Positions 63,235 to 64,000 of a DNA stretch of 64,000 bases are shown piece by piece. The notes under the pieces are model-generated. The model did not search any database. It was not told the DNA's origin and saw only the letters and a list, made by a program, of their open reading frames with translations. The first letter of the stretch is position 1. Each line of letters starts with the position of its first letter. The DNA is from Octopus bimaculoides (taxonomy: Eukaryota). The DNA is taken from positions 29,271,254 through 29,335,253 of the forward strand of contig NC_068983.1 in NCBI RefSeq assembly GCF_001194135.2. Direction: 5' to 3'. Both the position numbers and the translations under genes were made by a program.

Positions 63235-63560
63235 ATCATCATCATCGTTTAACGTCCGCTTTCCATGCTAGCATGGGTTGGACGATTTGACTGAGGACTG
63301 GCGAACCAGATGGCTACACCAGGCTCCAATCTGATTTGGCAGAGTTTCTACAGCTAGATGCCCTTCCTAATGCCAAGAGTATAGTGGGTGTTTTTACGTG
63401 TCACCAGTACGAAGGCCAGTCAGACAGTACTGGCAACAGCCACGCTCAAAATGGTATATTTTATGTGCCACCTGCGCAGGAGCCAGTTCGGTGGCACTGG
63501 CAACGATCTCGCTCGAATGTCTTTACACGTGCCACCGGCACAAGTGCCAGGAAGGTGCAT
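63235..63560 (-). mobile_element. SINE family C ((GAT)n tail, GGAAAGCGGACGTTAAAC 3' end, RTE-like tail)
   Basis: Other copies at 3640-3830, 4381-4980, 16780-16990, 17035-17257(+), 36435-36640, 42515-42695, 52520-52650, 57925-58120, 59580-59790, 60190-60420, 61520-61625. Confidence 0.85.
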
Positions 63561-63636
63561 TATTAAAATGTAGGAATCTTTGTACTCATTTGAAATATTA
63601 ACAAAACTGATAGAAATGGATCTGAGGAATACTTAC

Positions 63637-63689
63637 TTCATAACTGTAGCTTCCTTTAAAAAGCTATGGCGATCGGCAGACATTGCTGT
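63637..63689 (-). CDS. InR: Insulin/IGF receptor kinase exon (53 nt), TAMSADRHSFLKEATVMK
   Basis: Acceptor CTTCTACTTACAG and donor GTAAGT. Translation matches the alphaC region of insulin receptors (human SASLRERIEFLNEASVMK). Phase 0 start, phase 2 end. Confidence 0.88.
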
Positions 63690-64000
63690 CTGTAAGTAGA
63701 AGAATGAAATATTTTCCAGAAAATCAGCAAACAGGAATCATTAAATAGAACAAGAATGAATATTAATAGACATGCTTAATGTTTATTAGTAATACTACTA
63801 AGTAATACTACTAGAAGAAACTTGCCCAAAGTGCAGTGATGTGAGACTGAACCCAAAACCACATGGTTGCAAAGCAAGATTTTTTAACCACACAGCCAAG
63901 ATATTTACAAGCAATATATAACTGTCTGAGATGAATTACTCTTTATAAAATTTTAATTCTCCAGCCTTTAAGATGGGGAAAAAAAGTATCTATAATATGT

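Noticed and set aside
62885-63271. 128-aa plus-strand ORF antisense within an InR intron
   Set aside because: No recognisable motif, and it runs into a SINE-C tail.

Overview
AT-rich, microsatellite- and SINE-dense animal genomic DNA with nine N-gaps. The SINE families and the repeat landscape look like an octopus/cephalopod scaffold (recognised from memory, not verified). Two spliced protein-coding genes, both on the minus strand, were reconstructed by hand. (1) The 3' end of an insulin/IGF receptor: kinase exons at 63637-63689, 61705->61721 (runs into a gap), 60849-61008, 57721-57850 and 54624-54758, and a terminal exon at 51558-52083. (2) A roughly 285-aa coiled-coil gene resembling CCDC122, with nine phase-compatible exons from 37576 to 19389, including a 16-nt microexon and a GC-AG intron; the ORF track does not resolve it. 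There is one intact tRNA-Ser(GCT) gene (13467-13548, minus). The rest is mobile DNA: at least six SINE families, RTE/CR1/Tx1 LINE fragments, Penelope-like elements, and Merlin, mariner, hAT, Helitron/DINE-like and Gypsy remnants. The most interesting signal is a set of sequence-unrelated type I hammerhead ribozyme motifs with Penelope-style palindromic stem III. One has an intact core 1.8 kb downstream of the coiled-coil gene, one sits in the tail of a tRNA-headed SINE that is duplicated head-to-head, and several core-mutated copies lie inside introns. All structures were folded by eye; nothing was computed or searched.
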